A stretch of DNA of 64,000 bases, from NCBI GenBank assembly GCA_965261735.1, contig OZ253470.1:1984001-2048000 (forward strand), read 5' to 3'. The first letter of the stretch is position 1. The number at the start of each line of letters is the position of its first letter. The position numbers and the translations under genes were made by a program. Source of the stretch: Alphaproteobacteria bacterium (lineage in GTDB: Bacteria; Pseudomonadota; Alphaproteobacteria; SHVV01). Shown here piece by piece: positions 30,105-39,788 of the stretch. Under the pieces are notes generated by a model. That model had not been told where the DNA came from. It searched no databases and saw only the letters and a list, made by a program, of their open reading frames with translations.

Positions 30105-31211
30105 TTACGTTTTGGCGTAGCGGTGCGGGACGAACGGCAGGGCCACGACCCGGCCGGGATGGGTTCGCCCCCTGACGCGGAGACCGACCTCGGTACCGGT
30201 CGCCGCGAACGCGCTTTGGACGTAGCCCATGGCTATGGGTGCCCCGAGAGTCGGCGCGAAGCCGCCGCTCGTGACCTCGCCGATCAGCTCGCCCGAGCTC
30301 GCGAGAATGGGGCTGTGTTCGCGTGCCGGGGCCCGGCCCTCGGGTCGGATGCCGACGCGACGGCGCGCCGGCCCCTCGGCGAGCTGCGCGCGAACGACAT
30401 CGGCGCCCGGGAAGTCGCCGGCCTCGCGGCGGCGCTTGGCGATGGTCCATTGCAGCACCGCTTCCACGGGCGTCGTGGTCGTATCGATGTCGTGGCCATA
30501 GAGGCACAGCCCGGCCTCGAGGCGGAGCGAATCGCGGGCACCGAGACCCGCGGGCGCGACCTCGGGCTCATCGAGGAGACGCCGCGCCACCTCGATAGCG
30601 TTTTCCGCCGCTAGCGAAATCTCGAAGCCATCCTCGCCGGTATAGCCGGAGCGGCTCGCCACGCACGGGGCGCCCGCAATCTCGACATGCGCCGTTGACA
30701 TGAAGGCGAGGGCGGCTGCGGCCGGCGCATGCCGCGCCATCACCTGCGCCGACGCCGGTCCCTGCAGCGCCAGCAGCCCGCGATCCTCGAGGTGCGAGAG
30801 ATGCGCCCGGCCGGCGAGGCCGCCCTCGATGTGATCGATATCGCCGGCCACGCACGCGGCATTGACCACGAGGTGAAGCCCGTCGGCCTCGCGCGTGACG
30901 ATGAGGTCATCGAGAATGCCGCCGGCGGCATTGGTCAACAGCGTGTAGCGCATGCGGCCCACGGCGAGGCCGCGGATGTCGCCGGGCACCAACGCTTCCA
31001 GCGCCGCAGCCGCGTCCGTGCCCTCAAGGCGCAGCTGCCCCATGTGCGAGACGTCGAACAGGGCGGCTTGGGCGCGCGTGTGGCGGTGCTCGGCCATGAT
31101 GCTGCCCGGGTAGTGCAGCGGCATGTCGAAGCCCGCGAAACTCACCATGCGGGCGCCGAGCTCGAGGTGGAGGGCGTGGGCGGGCGTGACCTTGGCCGGG
31201 GCTTCCGTCAA
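30105..31211 (-). CDS. gcvT: Glycine cleavage aminomethyltransferase T
   Basis: FDVSHMGQ, RSGYTGEDGFEI, GLGARDSLRLEAG; GAGGAGG RBS before TTG 31211. Confidence 0.95.
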   Translation of the reverse strand: MTEAPAKVTPAHALHLELGARMVSFAGFDMPLHYPGSIMAEHRHTRAQAALFDVSHMGQLRLEGTDAAAALEALVPGDIRGLAVGRMRYTLLTNAAGGILDDLIVTREADGLHLVVNAACVAGDIDHIEGGLAGRAHLSHLEDRGLLALQGPASAQVMARHAPAAAALAFMSTAHVEIAGAPCVASRSGYTGEDGFEISLAAENAIEVARRLLDEPEVAPAGLGARDSLRLEAGLCLYGHDIDTTTTPVEAVLQWTIAKRRREAGDFPGADVVRAQLAEGPARRRVGIRPEGRAPAREHSPILASSGELIGEVTSGGFAPTLGAPIAMGYVQSAFAATGTEVGLRVRGRTHPGRVVALPFVPHRYAKT

Positions 31212-31247
31212 ACGGACCTCCTCTGTCGCCGACGCTTGCGCCGGCAC

Positions 31248-31458
31248 AGCCCCCTCTGTCGTCGGACCTGAAAGATTGACCCGCTGGCGCTCGCGCGCCC
31301 TCGGGCTTGCCCCTTCGGTGAGGCGCGCCGCCAACGGCCTCGCGCCTGCTTTCCAGAGTGCCATCCCCTTGCGGTCCCGGTGCCTGAGAGTTTCCGGGGC
31401 GGTTGCTCCTTCGGCGCCGGCGCAGCGCGAGCAGCCCGCCGGTCTCTCCCGCAAAGAT
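31248..31458 (-). ncRNA. Tandem glycine riboswitch
   Basis: GGGAGAG...CGCCGAAGGAGCAA...GGAAACTCTCAGG then CTCTGGAAAG...CACCGAAGGGGCAA...ATCTTTCAGG...GACAGAGGGG, directly upstream of gcvT. Confidence 0.95.
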
Positions 31459-31613
31459 CAACTGTATGGTCGGCCGCGCTCATGCACCCGATGACGGCAT
31501 GATAGTGGACCGCCCCGGCGAGTCAACTGAGCCTCACGTCGCAGCACGGCAGCATTGACGCCACGGTATCGACGTTTCACTGTCGCGTCCGTGGCCAGTA
31601 CGCGAGGCGGACG

Positions 31614-32150
31614 ATGACACCGCTTGCCCGGCATATGGCGGTCTATGCCGCCTATCATCGCGACCCGCGCAACCGGCTCACGCATTTTATCGGCGTTCCG
31701 GCGATCGCTTTCGCGATCCTCATTCCCATGGCCTGGGCTCGGACCGACATCGCTGGCGTCACGCTGTCGCTGGCGATGCTGTTCACCGCGGCGGTGCTTG
31801 TCGTGTACCTGTGGTACGACCGCACCCTAGCGTTGGCCGCCATGTGCGCGTTCGCGCCGCTCCTCTTCACTGCCGAGCGGGTGGCGGCGCTCACGCCTTT
31901 CACGGGATGGACCGTGTTCGCCGTCTTTTTCGTCGGCGGCTGGGTGTTCCAGTTGGTGGGACATGCCTTCGAAGGCCGGCGGCCGGCACTGGTCGACAAC
32001 ATCCTGCAGATTTTCATCGCACCCCTGTTCCTGATCGCCGAGATCTTCGTCGCTCTGGGATTGAAGACGGAGCTTCACCGCCAAGTGGCGGCGGGCCTGG
32101 CGAGCCACCCGGCCGATCCCGCGTCAACCGCGCGCTGGCCATCCCCCTAG
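31614..32150 (+). CDS. DUF962/Mpo1-like membrane protein
   Basis: YAAYHRDPRNRLTHFIGVP, GWVFQLVGHAFEGRRPALVDN. Confidence 0.9.
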   Translation: MTPLARHMAVYAAYHRDPRNRLTHFIGVPAIAFAILIPMAWARTDIAGVTLSLAMLFTAAVLVVYLWYDRTLALAAMCAFAPLLFTAERVAALTPFTGWTVFAVFFVGGWVFQLVGHAFEGRRPALVDNILQIFIAPLFLIAEIFVALGLKTELHRQVAAGLASHPADPASTARWPSP

Positions 32151-34184
32151 GCGAGGACGCGCGGGACGCGTGACCCGGTCCGGCGCACTATGCGCGCCGC
32201 TAATCGCGCGACGCTCCGGTGGGGCGATTAGCCGCCTCGATTGCCTTCGACCGGCAGCGTCCGCACGACCGCGGTGAGCGCGTTTACCGAAGCGGAGTTC
32301 AAGAAGATCGTTGGGGGGGCCGTAGGCGGGCGGCGAGACGCGCCAGCCGGATCGGGCGGCGGCCGGCGTCGCGTCGCCCGAACCGGCATCGTTCGCGGCT
32401 CCGTCGCGCCACGCGACCTCGACGAGTTCGACCGGCTCCTTGAAGCCCTTGAAGTCCTGCGATCCGCCGTCGACGAACGTGATGTTCTTGCCCGCGCATA
32501 AATCGCGCACCGCGGCCGAGACGAGAATGTCGTTGCCCTTGGCGGCGCCGCACAGGCGGGCGGCGAGCTGTACGGATGTGCTGAACAGATCCCCGTCCTC
32601 GCGGATAGGCTCTCCGGCGCTGATGCCGATGCACAGGCCGAGCGGCAATTCCGGACACTCGCGCGTATGCCACTCCGCACCCCGCTGCATCTCGACCGCG
32701 GCCTCCACGGCCGCCGAGATGCGCTTGAACGCGGTCATAATGCCGTCGCCGGTGTGTTTGATCTCGCGGCCCTCGAACCGCTGGATGGCACGGCGCACGA
32801 TGTCGTTGTGGGCGTGCACGAGAGCCTGGCTGTGGGCGTCGCCGTGATCCTGGGTAAATTGAGTCGAGGACACGATGTCGGTGAACAGCACCGCGACGGT
32901 GCCCTCGCCGCTCCGCTGGTCGCGCGGCTTGTTCCAGGCATCGAGGGCTGCCACGAGGTCGGCGCCGATTCCGGGCGGCGCATCGCCGGCACCCGTTGCG
33001 ACATCCCTATCGCGCAGATAACGCTCGATCGCGTGGCGCCCGGCGTCGAACATCTCGCTGCTCCGCGGATCGGCGAAGTAGCTCTCGTAGTTGGCGACGA
33101 AGCGCCGCGCCTTGCGCGCGTTACGGCCGAGGACCTCGATGCAGCTTCGCAGCACCTCGGGGTAGGCCGCCCCGTCGAGGTCCTTGGCTTCCAGGTAAGC
33201 CTCGCAGGCACCGGCGACGAAGAGGTGACAGCCGAAGGTGTTGGACGCGTTGAGCCGACCGCCCTTGACGTATTGCTGCGAATCCTTGAGATGGCCGAGG
33301 CAGCGGCCGAAGAAAACGAGGATGGCTAATTTCGCTTCGTCGAGCAGCTCCTCGCTCACCACCGCATTGATATCGACTCCGGCCTCGTCATCGTCAAACC
33401 ACGGGTGGTCCTCGCCCGCCTCCGAGCGTGCGCCGTCCTCCTCCTGGTCGGCCGCATCGGCCACGGTTGCGGGCGCATCGTTCTTGTTTCGTGAGTTGCC
33501 CGCGGGGGCCTTATCAGCGGCCGCGGCCGCGACGGTGGCATTGAGGAGCGCCGTAAACTCTTCGCGCGAGTAGAAAAAGGGAACGAGCGCAACGACGAAG
33601 AGAATGGCGGCGACCGCGAATATCTTGATTTGCGCGTTCTGCTGACCCGCGAATGCGGCATACTCCCCGAACGCGGAAGAGTTGCCCGCGGCCGACAAGA
33701 GGTAAACCAGCCCCAGCGCCAACACCGCGCCGCCCGCTAGTACACCGAAGATCTTGTAGGCGAAGACGTAGGGCGCGGGGCTCGCTGCGCGCGCGGGCAT
33801 CAACGCCGACCCGACGGTCGCGTGGCCTTCGGGCCTACTGGGCGGCGCGGCGGCGCGCGCCTCCACCCGGCTCTCGCGCGCGGGCTCGCGCTGTTGTTGT
33901 GCGGGCGCGGACTTGGACCGGCGATCCGCGCGCGGCCGAATCGCGGCGCCCCGAAAGTTCGTCACGCCGGTGCGCTTAGCGTCGCTGTAGGTCTCGACTT
34001 CTCGCGTGGTTCCGTCGTTCTGGTTGAACACCTCCTTGATGACGCTGACCGCCTCGACGGACGCTTCGTCGAAGACGGCCTCCGCGCGCGCGACGGCGTC
34101 GTCCCGGCCTACGCCCTCGACGCGATCGCTCAGCCGCCAGCGGCGCTCCTGGTAGGCATAGATTTCGTATGTGACAACGGGCAT
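32124..34184 (-). CDS. Membrane-anchored class III adenylate/guanylate cyclase with an uncharacterised N-terminal domain
   Basis: FTDIVSST, EIKHTGDGIM, IGISAGE, GDLFSTSVQLAARLC, FKGF; two TM segments; the last ~90 aa are low-complexity, possibly read-through. Confidence 0.88.
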   Translation of the reverse strand: MPVVTYEIYAYQERRWRLSDRVEGVGRDDAVARAEAVFDEASVEAVSVIKEVFNQNDGTTREVETYSDAKRTGVTNFRGAAIRPRADRRSKSAPAQQQREPARESRVEARAAAPPSRPEGHATVGSALMPARAASPAPYVFAYKIFGVLAGGAVLALGLVYLLSAAGNSSAFGEYAAFAGQQNAQIKIFAVAAILFVVALVPFFYSREEFTALLNATVAAAAADKAPAGNSRNKNDAPATVADAADQEEDGARSEAGEDHPWFDDDEAGVDINAVVSEELLDEAKLAILVFFGRCLGHLKDSQQYVKGGRLNASNTFGCHLFVAGACEAYLEAKDLDGAAYPEVLRSCIEVLGRNARKARRFVANYESYFADPRSSEMFDAGRHAIERYLRDRDVATGAGDAPPGIGADLVAALDAWNKPRDQRSGEGTVAVLFTDIVSSTQFTQDHGDAHSQALVHAHNDIVRRAIQRFEGREIKHTGDGIMTAFKRISAAVEAAVEMQRGAEWHTRECPELPLGLCIGISAGEPIREDGDLFSTSVQLAARLCGAAKGNDILVSAAVRDLCAGKNITFVDGGSQDFKGFKEPVELVEVAWRDGAANDAGSGDATPAAARSGWRVSPPAYGPPNDLLELRFGKRAHRGRADAAGRRQSRRLIAPPERRAISGAHSAPDRVTRPARPRLGGWPARG
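32230..32325 (+). pseudogene. Possible C-terminal remnant of a GYD-domain protein
   Basis: STGSVRTTAVSAFTEAEFKKIVG resembles the GYD-family end (GNVRTxTLxAFTxxEFxxI). Confidence 0.4.
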
Positions 34185-34240
34185 GGGGAACCACCGTGCC
34201 GGCCACCTTAACCGGCTAGCGTAAAGCGCGCCCGGCACCG

Positions 34241-34256
34241 GTAAACCCGGCCTTAA
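34241..34256. promoter_or_regulatory. CtrA-like binding site in the divergent promoter
   Basis: Reverse complement TTAA-GGCCGGG-TTTAC, one mismatch to TTAA-N7-TTAAC; half-site TTAACC at about 34208. Confidence 0.55.
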
Positions 34257-34318
34257 GCCTCGCTGCCGTCTAATGCCAAGGCACGGGCGCTGGCTCGAGC
34301 GATTGACACCGGCTGGAA

Positions 34319-36367
34319 ATGGCGAAGTCGAGCGGCGAGGGCACGTCCACGACCTCCGATGGTGGCACCAGTGTCATCCTCAAGGATCGATTCCGCATCC
34401 ATTTGGATTCGCCGCTCGAGGAACTCGATTCGCCGACCGCGAAGGCCTTTCTCGCCAACGACCTTAAGAACGACGAGCGCCCGTTGTTCGCCCTCGTATG
34501 CGAGACCGGCGTGCCCTACAGGGCCAAGACGCTGTCGGCGCTGACGGGTCGCGAGATCCCCTACGTTCTGCCCGTTTCCACGGCCGGGGTCGTTCGCGTT
34601 CGTGCGGCCAAGAAGTTTTGCCTTGCACTCGTCCTCCAACGCCCCCGGGGTCCGCGCCTGAGCACATTGTTGGGCCCGGGCGGCGGCCCCATATCGGAGA
34701 CCTTCGCCGTCACCCGTTTGCTGCCGGTGCTCGCGGAGGCGCTCGAGGGGTTGGCCGCCTTCGACCTCGCGCACCGCGCCTTGAGGCCCGACAACATCTT
34801 CTTTGTCGACGCCGATCGTACCGAGCTTGCCCTCGGCGAATGCGTCAGCGCGCCGGCGGGATCCGGCCAACCCATGGTCTACGAGCCCGTGGAGCGCGCG
34901 ATGGCCTCGCCGGCCGGCCGCGGAGAGGGCAACCCCGCCTGCGACTGCTATGCGCTGGGCGCGGTATTGGTTGCGCTGTTGAGCGGCAAGGACCCGGCCG
35001 CCGGTATCGACGAGCGCGAGCTGCTGCAGGCCCGCATCGTGAAAGGCTCCTTCCGCGCCCTGACCAGGGATGTGCGCTTTCCAGGCGCGATCAGCGAGCT
35101 CATTCGCGGGCTACTGTGCGACGACTCGTCACTTCGCGCGAGCGCCGCCGACATCAAGGCCTGGTGCCAAAACCGTCGCCTCAACGTCAAGCCCGGAGCG
35201 CCGGCCCGTCAGGCGCGTCGACCCTTTGTCTTCCGGTCGCGAGAGATCCTTTACGACCGCACGCTGGCGAACGCGTTCGGCGAATCACCCGCCGAAGCGG
35301 CGCGCGTGATCCAATCCGGCAACGTGGAGGCCTGGGTGCGCCGCGGTCTTGAAGACGCCAAGGGAGCCGACCTCATCGGCCCCCTCGTGAGTGCGGCGCG
35401 GCCCAGCACCGGGGTCGCAAGCGAGCGCGACGACGCCGAGCTGGTCGGCCAGTTCTGCCGCGTCCTCGACCCGCTTGGCCCCATCCGCTTCGGCTCCCTG
35501 GCAGTAGCGGCCGACGGTATCGGCGGCGAACTCGCCGACGCCGTCCGCAAGAATGACGGCACGCGCGTGAGCTTGGTGGCGGATTTATTGCGTAGGGACC
35601 TTGCGACCGATTCGATCCAGTCGCGCGGTCTCTCAGGGGTGAAGAAAACAGCCGCGTTAGGACTGTTGCTGCGCCTGCGCGGGCACGTGGCCAACGGCTC
35701 GCCCGGCTTCGGCATCGAGCGCTGCCTCTACGAGCTCAATCCCAGCCTGCCCTGCATGAGTCCGCTCGTCGCCCGCCTCCACGCGAACGGCGTCCATACT
35801 CTCCTTCTTGCCCTAAATCGCGTTGCCACGGCGGCCGACGAGTCGGTCGAACTGCTGGATGCCCATGTTGCCGCGTTCATTGCCGAGAAATGGGAGAATG
35901 GGCAGCGCCGGCTCAGCGCCGTCGCGAGCGCGGGCAGCGATGAAATGGGGCGGCGGCTCGCCGTCCTGCGCCTGCTCGCGGCCCTACAGAGCGACGTGCG
36001 TAGTGACCCGCTCGTTGGCTTGACGGGCTGGTTCGCCAAGCGCCTCGACTCGTTGGTGAGCACCTACCGCAACCGCAACCGGCGCAGCGAGCTCATGCGG
36101 AGGCTCGAACAGATCACGGCCGGCGGCGACCTGCAGGCGATGGCGAAGCTGTTCCGCTCCTATCAAGGTCACGACCTCGACGAGCGCGCCTATCATCGGG
36201 CCGTCGCCGAGTACGCGGCGCTCGAACGGGGCGTCCTGCGCCTCAAGGCCGAGCAGGACGGTATCCCGTTCGCCACCTCCAGGCTCACCAGCCGAATCGT
36301 CGCGAGCGCGGGCTACTCGCTGCTAATGGTCAGTGTGGTCGGCGCGGTTATAGCGGCGGCGCTGTGA
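34319..36367 (+). CDS. Ser/Thr protein-kinase-fold protein (probable pseudokinase) with helical C-domain and C-terminal TM
   Basis: HRALRPDNIFF (catalytic Asp replaced by Ala), LGECV in place of DFG, YEPVER, DCYALG, G.ERCLYELNP.LPC.SP. Confidence 0.8.
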   Translation: MAKSSGEGTSTTSDGGTSVILKDRFRIHLDSPLEELDSPTAKAFLANDLKNDERPLFALVCETGVPYRAKTLSALTGREIPYVLPVSTAGVVRVRAAKKFCLALVLQRPRGPRLSTLLGPGGGPISETFAVTRLLPVLAEALEGLAAFDLAHRALRPDNIFFVDADRTELALGECVSAPAGSGQPMVYEPVERAMASPAGRGEGNPACDCYALGAVLVALLSGKDPAAGIDERELLQARIVKGSFRALTRDVRFPGAISELIRGLLCDDSSLRASAADIKAWCQNRRLNVKPGAPARQARRPFVFRSREILYDRTLANAFGESPAEAARVIQSGNVEAWVRRGLEDAKGADLIGPLVSAARPSTGVASERDDAELVGQFCRVLDPLGPIRFGSLAVAADGIGGELADAVRKNDGTRVSLVADLLRRDLATDSIQSRGLSGVKKTAALGLLLRLRGHVANGSPGFGIERCLYELNPSLPCMSPLVARLHANGVHTLLLALNRVATAADESVELLDAHVAAFIAEKWENGQRRLSAVASAGSDEMGRRLAVLRLLAALQSDVRSDPLVGLTGWFAKRLDSLVSTYRNRNRRSELMRRLEQITAGGDLQAMAKLFRSYQGHDLDERAYHRAVAEYAALERGVLRLKAEQDGIPFATSRLTSRIVASAGYSLLMVSVVGAVIAAAL

Positions 36368-36844
36368 TGGCACCGAGGGCGCCCCTCGAACGCACCCGCG
36401 CAGGCGGGCCGCCCCGCGATCAGGGGCGGGTACTCGGCCAGGTTGTGATCGGCGGCGCCGGTTTTGTGCTTGGCATCGTTCTCCTGCTGCCGACGGTCGT
36501 CCTTTTCACCGTCGGCATGGCGCCAACTCTGGTCAGCGCCCTCCTGGTTTCGCGCGGAAGCGGTGGTGCCGGGTCGGGGGTGCCGAGCTTCAACCTCGCG
36601 GGCGTCGTCCCCGTTCTCGGCTGTCGCGGCCGACATCGCGGAGCGCAAGGCGCGCCAGAAGGCGCTCGTCGAGGAGTGGGGCCTCGACGTCGTCTCGACC
36701 GCGCTGGATGGGGTAGCCGAGCCGCGCGCCAAGCAAGCGACACCGAAGCCGGCGCAGCGGCACCCCTCCGACCAGGAGGCCGTCAACGACGTTGACGGCG
36801 CGCTGGCAACGGGGGAAGAGGGCGAGGTAGTGGCGGCGCGCTAG
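36364..36844 (+). pseudogene. Membrane protein gene downstream of the pseudokinase, frameshifted or internally deleted near 36620
   Basis: Frame A ...LLPTVVLFTVGMAPTLV...FNLAGVVPVLG; frame B continues ...RKARQKALVEEWGLDV; overlaps the kinase stop. Confidence 0.6.
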
Positions 36845-36853
36845 GCGGCGGCG

Positions 36854-37732
36854 CTAAGCGTAATGCTTGGCGAGTGCCGCGTTGCGCATCGCCTTTTGGA
36901 TCTTTTCGAAGGCGCGCACCTCGATCTGGCGCACCCGCTCTCTGCTGATGCCGTATTTCTTGCTCAGGTCCTCGAGCGTCGTCGGCTCGTCCTTGAGCCG
37001 CCGCTCATCGAGGATGTGCCGCTCACGCTCGCTCAGGCCCTTCATGGCCTGCTTCAGCAGAGCGCGGCGCTCGTCGAGCTCCTCGGTCTCACCCAGAACC
37101 CGTTCCTGGCTCGGCGCCTCGTCGACAAGCCAATCCTGCCATTCAGCATCGCCATCACCGCGCACCGCCGCGTTGAGCGAGTGGTCCGGCGCCGCGAGCC
37201 GGCGGTTCATGCTGATGACCTCGGTGTCCGAGACGTTAAGCTTGTCGGCGATCTCGCTGACGTGCTCGGGCGTCAGGTCGCCCTCTTCAAGGGCGTGCAA
37301 CTGCGCCTTCATCTTGCGCAGGTTGAAGAAGAGCTTCTTCTGAGCCGCGGTCGTGCCGATCTTGACCAGCGACCAGGAGTGAAGGATGTATTCCTGAATG
37401 GACGCACGAATCCACCACATGGCGTAGGTGGCGAGTCGGAAGCCGCGGTCGGGATCGAAACGCTTGACCGCCTGCATCAGACCCACATTGCCCTCCGCGA
37501 TCACCTCGCCGATGGGCAGGCCGTAGCCGCGGTAGCCCATGGCCATCTTGGCGACCAGCCGAAGATGACTCGTGACCAGCTTGTGGGCGGCTTCGATGTC
37601 CTCGTGCTCGCGCCACCGCTTGGCGAGGATGAACTCCTCTTCGGGCTCGAGCATGGGGAACTTGCGGATCTCCTGAAGGTAACGGGAAAGACTACCCTCG
37701 GGGGTGAGCGTCGGTATGGTTGTTCGCGCCAT
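36854..37732 (-). CDS. rpoH: RNA polymerase sigma-32 factor
   Basis: SHLRLV, FDPDRGFRLATYAMWWIRA, RpoH box QKKLFFNLR, SRERVRQIE. Confidence 0.97.
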   Translation of the reverse strand: MARTTIPTLTPEGSLSRYLQEIRKFPMLEPEEEFILAKRWREHEDIEAAHKLVTSHLRLVAKMAMGYRGYGLPIGEVIAEGNVGLMQAVKRFDPDRGFRLATYAMWWIRASIQEYILHSWSLVKIGTTAAQKKLFFNLRKMKAQLHALEEGDLTPEHVSEIADKLNVSDTEVISMNRRLAAPDHSLNAAVRGDGDAEWQDWLVDEAPSQERVLGETEELDERRALLKQAMKGLSERERHILDERRLKDEPTTLEDLSKKYGISRERVRQIEVRAFEKIQKAMRNAALAKHYA

Positions 37733-37843
37733 CGCGCACTCCGTGTCCTCTAGCGGCGCATCCTAGCGCTCGACTTTGTCAATATTGTGACTTCGAGGCG
37801 CCCCTTCCAGGGCGTTGACCGGTTGGCTCCGGAGCCAACTATC

Positions 37844-38806
37844 CTACAGACTTTCTAAATGAGTGATTAACCGGCGTAAATCATTCGGTAATTGGCTAAC
37901 CAATTGTATCGCCTCGCCGGTCGAAGGGTGGTCAAACCGGATAAAATGGGCGTGAAGCGCCTGTCGGCGCAGACCTGCCTCGCGCACGGCCGCCGTCATG
38001 GCCTGCGGCGGGCCGCGACGCAGGCCATAGAGCGGGTCGCCGATGACCGGGTACCCGAGATGGCGCAAATGAACCCGGATCTGGTGCGTCCGTCCGGTCT
38101 CGAGGCGGCACTCGAGGCGACTCGCGGCGCCGCCGAAGGCGCGGCGCACCCGATAGTGGGTGCGGGCCGGCTTTCCGCCCGCGGGTACGACCGCCATCTT
38201 CTTGCGGTTGGACGGGCTGCGGCCGATGTTGCCGGAGATGTCCCCCCTCGCGGGCGCTGGAACGCCCCATACCAGGGCGGTGTACGCGCGCACCACGCTG
38301 CGGCGAGCGATGTCGGCGGCGAGGGCGCGGTGGGCGGCATCGCTCTTGGCCACGAGCATGAGGCCGCTCGTGTCCTTGTCGAGTCGATGAACGATGCCCG
38401 GCCGGCGCACGCCGCCGATCCCGGAGAGGCTGGCGCCGCAGTGCGCGATGAGTGCGTTGACCAGGGTGTGTTCGCGGTGGCCGGGTGCCGGGTGGACGAC
38501 GAGGCCGGCCGGCTTGTCGATAACGATGAGGTCACGGTCCTCGTAGGCGACGACGAGCGGAATGGCTTGGGCGCGCGGCGCCGCGTCGACCGCCTCGGGA
38601 AGGCGCAGCGTCCATGACTGTCCGGCCTTCACCCGCGTGGCCGCCGCGGCGACGGCGGCACCGTTGCCGCCGAGGCAGCCCGACTCGATCAATGACTTGA
38701 TGCGCGAGCGCGAAAGGCTGGGCCATGCTCGTGCCAGCACGCGGTCGAGGCGCTCGCCATCGTCCGCGCGCGTGCACACATAGGTGAGGCTTTGCGGTTC
38801 CGCCAT
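37844..38806 (-). CDS. rluD: RluA-family 23S rRNA pseudouridine synthase (RluD-like)
   Basis: S4 domain, IDKPAGLVVHP, GIVHRLDKDTSG, LETGRTHQIRVH, QALHA. Confidence 0.92.
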   Translation of the reverse strand: MAEPQSLTYVCTRADDGERLDRVLARAWPSLSRSRIKSLIESGCLGGNGAAVAAAATRVKAGQSWTLRLPEAVDAAPRAQAIPLVVAYEDRDLIVIDKPAGLVVHPAPGHREHTLVNALIAHCGASLSGIGGVRRPGIVHRLDKDTSGLMLVAKSDAAHRALAADIARRSVVRAYTALVWGVPAPARGDISGNIGRSPSNRKKMAVVPAGGKPARTHYRVRRAFGGAASRLECRLETGRTHQIRVHLRHLGYPVIGDPLYGLRRGPPQAMTAAVREAGLRRQALHAHFIRFDHPSTGEAIQLVSQLPNDLRRLITHLESL

Positions 38807-38960
38807 CGCCCGCGAGATTGGACCCAAAGACGCCCCGCCTCAAGGTGCGACCGAGGACCGCCGGGGTGCGTTTGACCCCCCACAATGGCACCGGTATCGT
38901 CTAAAGACATCGGCCGTACGCGGCGGGGCGGCCCTAATTCAATCCATCCGGTCCTCGACC

Positions 38961-39290
38961 ATGCAGATTCTCAAGGCCGTCGTCATCGTCATGGGGGTGC
39001 TTATCGTCGCCGGCTTCACCGTCATCGCGACGACCATCTACAAGCGCGCCGGACAGCGGGCGGAAACCAGCGCCGGCGCCGAGGGGAAGCCCGCCGGACG
39101 CGCCGCACCGCTACCGTTTACGGCGCGTCAGCTCGTGATCCCGCCAGGCAGCGCCGTGCGCCACGTCACGGCGGCCGACGAACGCTTGATCGTGTGGTTG
39201 TCGGACTCCGGCGGCACGCAGCGAATCATGGTGCTCGATCTCGGGACTGGCGAGGAACTCGGAACGTTCGAGATCAAAGAGTCGCCGTGA
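38961..39290 (+). CDS. Small single-TM conserved protein (DUF6476-like)
   Basis: LKAVVIVMGVLIVAGF TM helix and beta-rich C-terminus; usual position divergent from rluD. Confidence 0.7.
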   Translation: MQILKAVVIVMGVLIVAGFTVIATTIYKRAGQRAETSAGAEGKPAGRAAPLPFTARQLVIPPGSAVRHVTAADERLIVWLSDSGGTQRIMVLDLGTGEELGTFEIKESP

Positions 39291-39766
39291 TCCTGTTCGA
39301 GCCCGAGGATCTGCGCGCGCTGGTGACGGCGGTCGAAACGGCGTACCCCAACGAGGCATGCGGGCTGCTGGTCGGGCGCGGCGAGAACGGCGGGCGCTGG
39401 CGCGTCGCCCGGCTGGCGCCGAGCGCCAACCTCTCGGCCCACCCCGAGCGCGGCTTCGAGATCGACGCCAGGCTCCGGCTTACCCTGCAGCGGCGCCTGC
39501 GCGGGAGCGGCGACCGCGTGATCGGACTCTATCACTCCCATCCCGACCAGAGCGCCCAGCCCTCGGCTGCCGACCTCGGCCAGGCGTGGGAGCCCGACCT
39601 CGTCTGGGTCATCGTGTCGGTCCTGACGGGCGAGGCGGTGCTCACCTGCGGCCACGTCCTGAGCCGGCACGAAGACGGTCTTCGGTTCGACGAAATCGCG
39701 GTGCACACAACGGATTGGACCGCCGATCCGGTGCGCTCCGAACCCCTCGGGCCCGGCCTCCCATGA
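39287..39766 (+). CDS. M67/JAB (Mov34/MPN) metalloprotease
   Basis: YPNEACGLLVG and YHSHPDQSAQPSAAD JAMM motif. Confidence 0.9.
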   Translation: MILFEPEDLRALVTAVETAYPNEACGLLVGRGENGGRWRVARLAPSANLSAHPERGFEIDARLRLTLQRRLRGSGDRVIGLYHSHPDQSAQPSAADLGQAWEPDLVWVIVSVLTGEAVLTCGHVLSRHEDGLRFDEIAVHTTDWTADPVRSEPLGPGLP

Positions 39767-39788
39767 GGCTCGCTCACACGCCACAGCC

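Noticed and set aside
39287-39766. JAB protease plus a nearby nucleotide cyclase as a CBASS- or Pycsar-like defence system
   Set aside because: No CD-NTase, E1/E2 or cyclic-nucleotide effector is adjacent. The JAB gene sits in the housekeeping rluD-ltaE context about 5 kb away, and both genes have host-like GC
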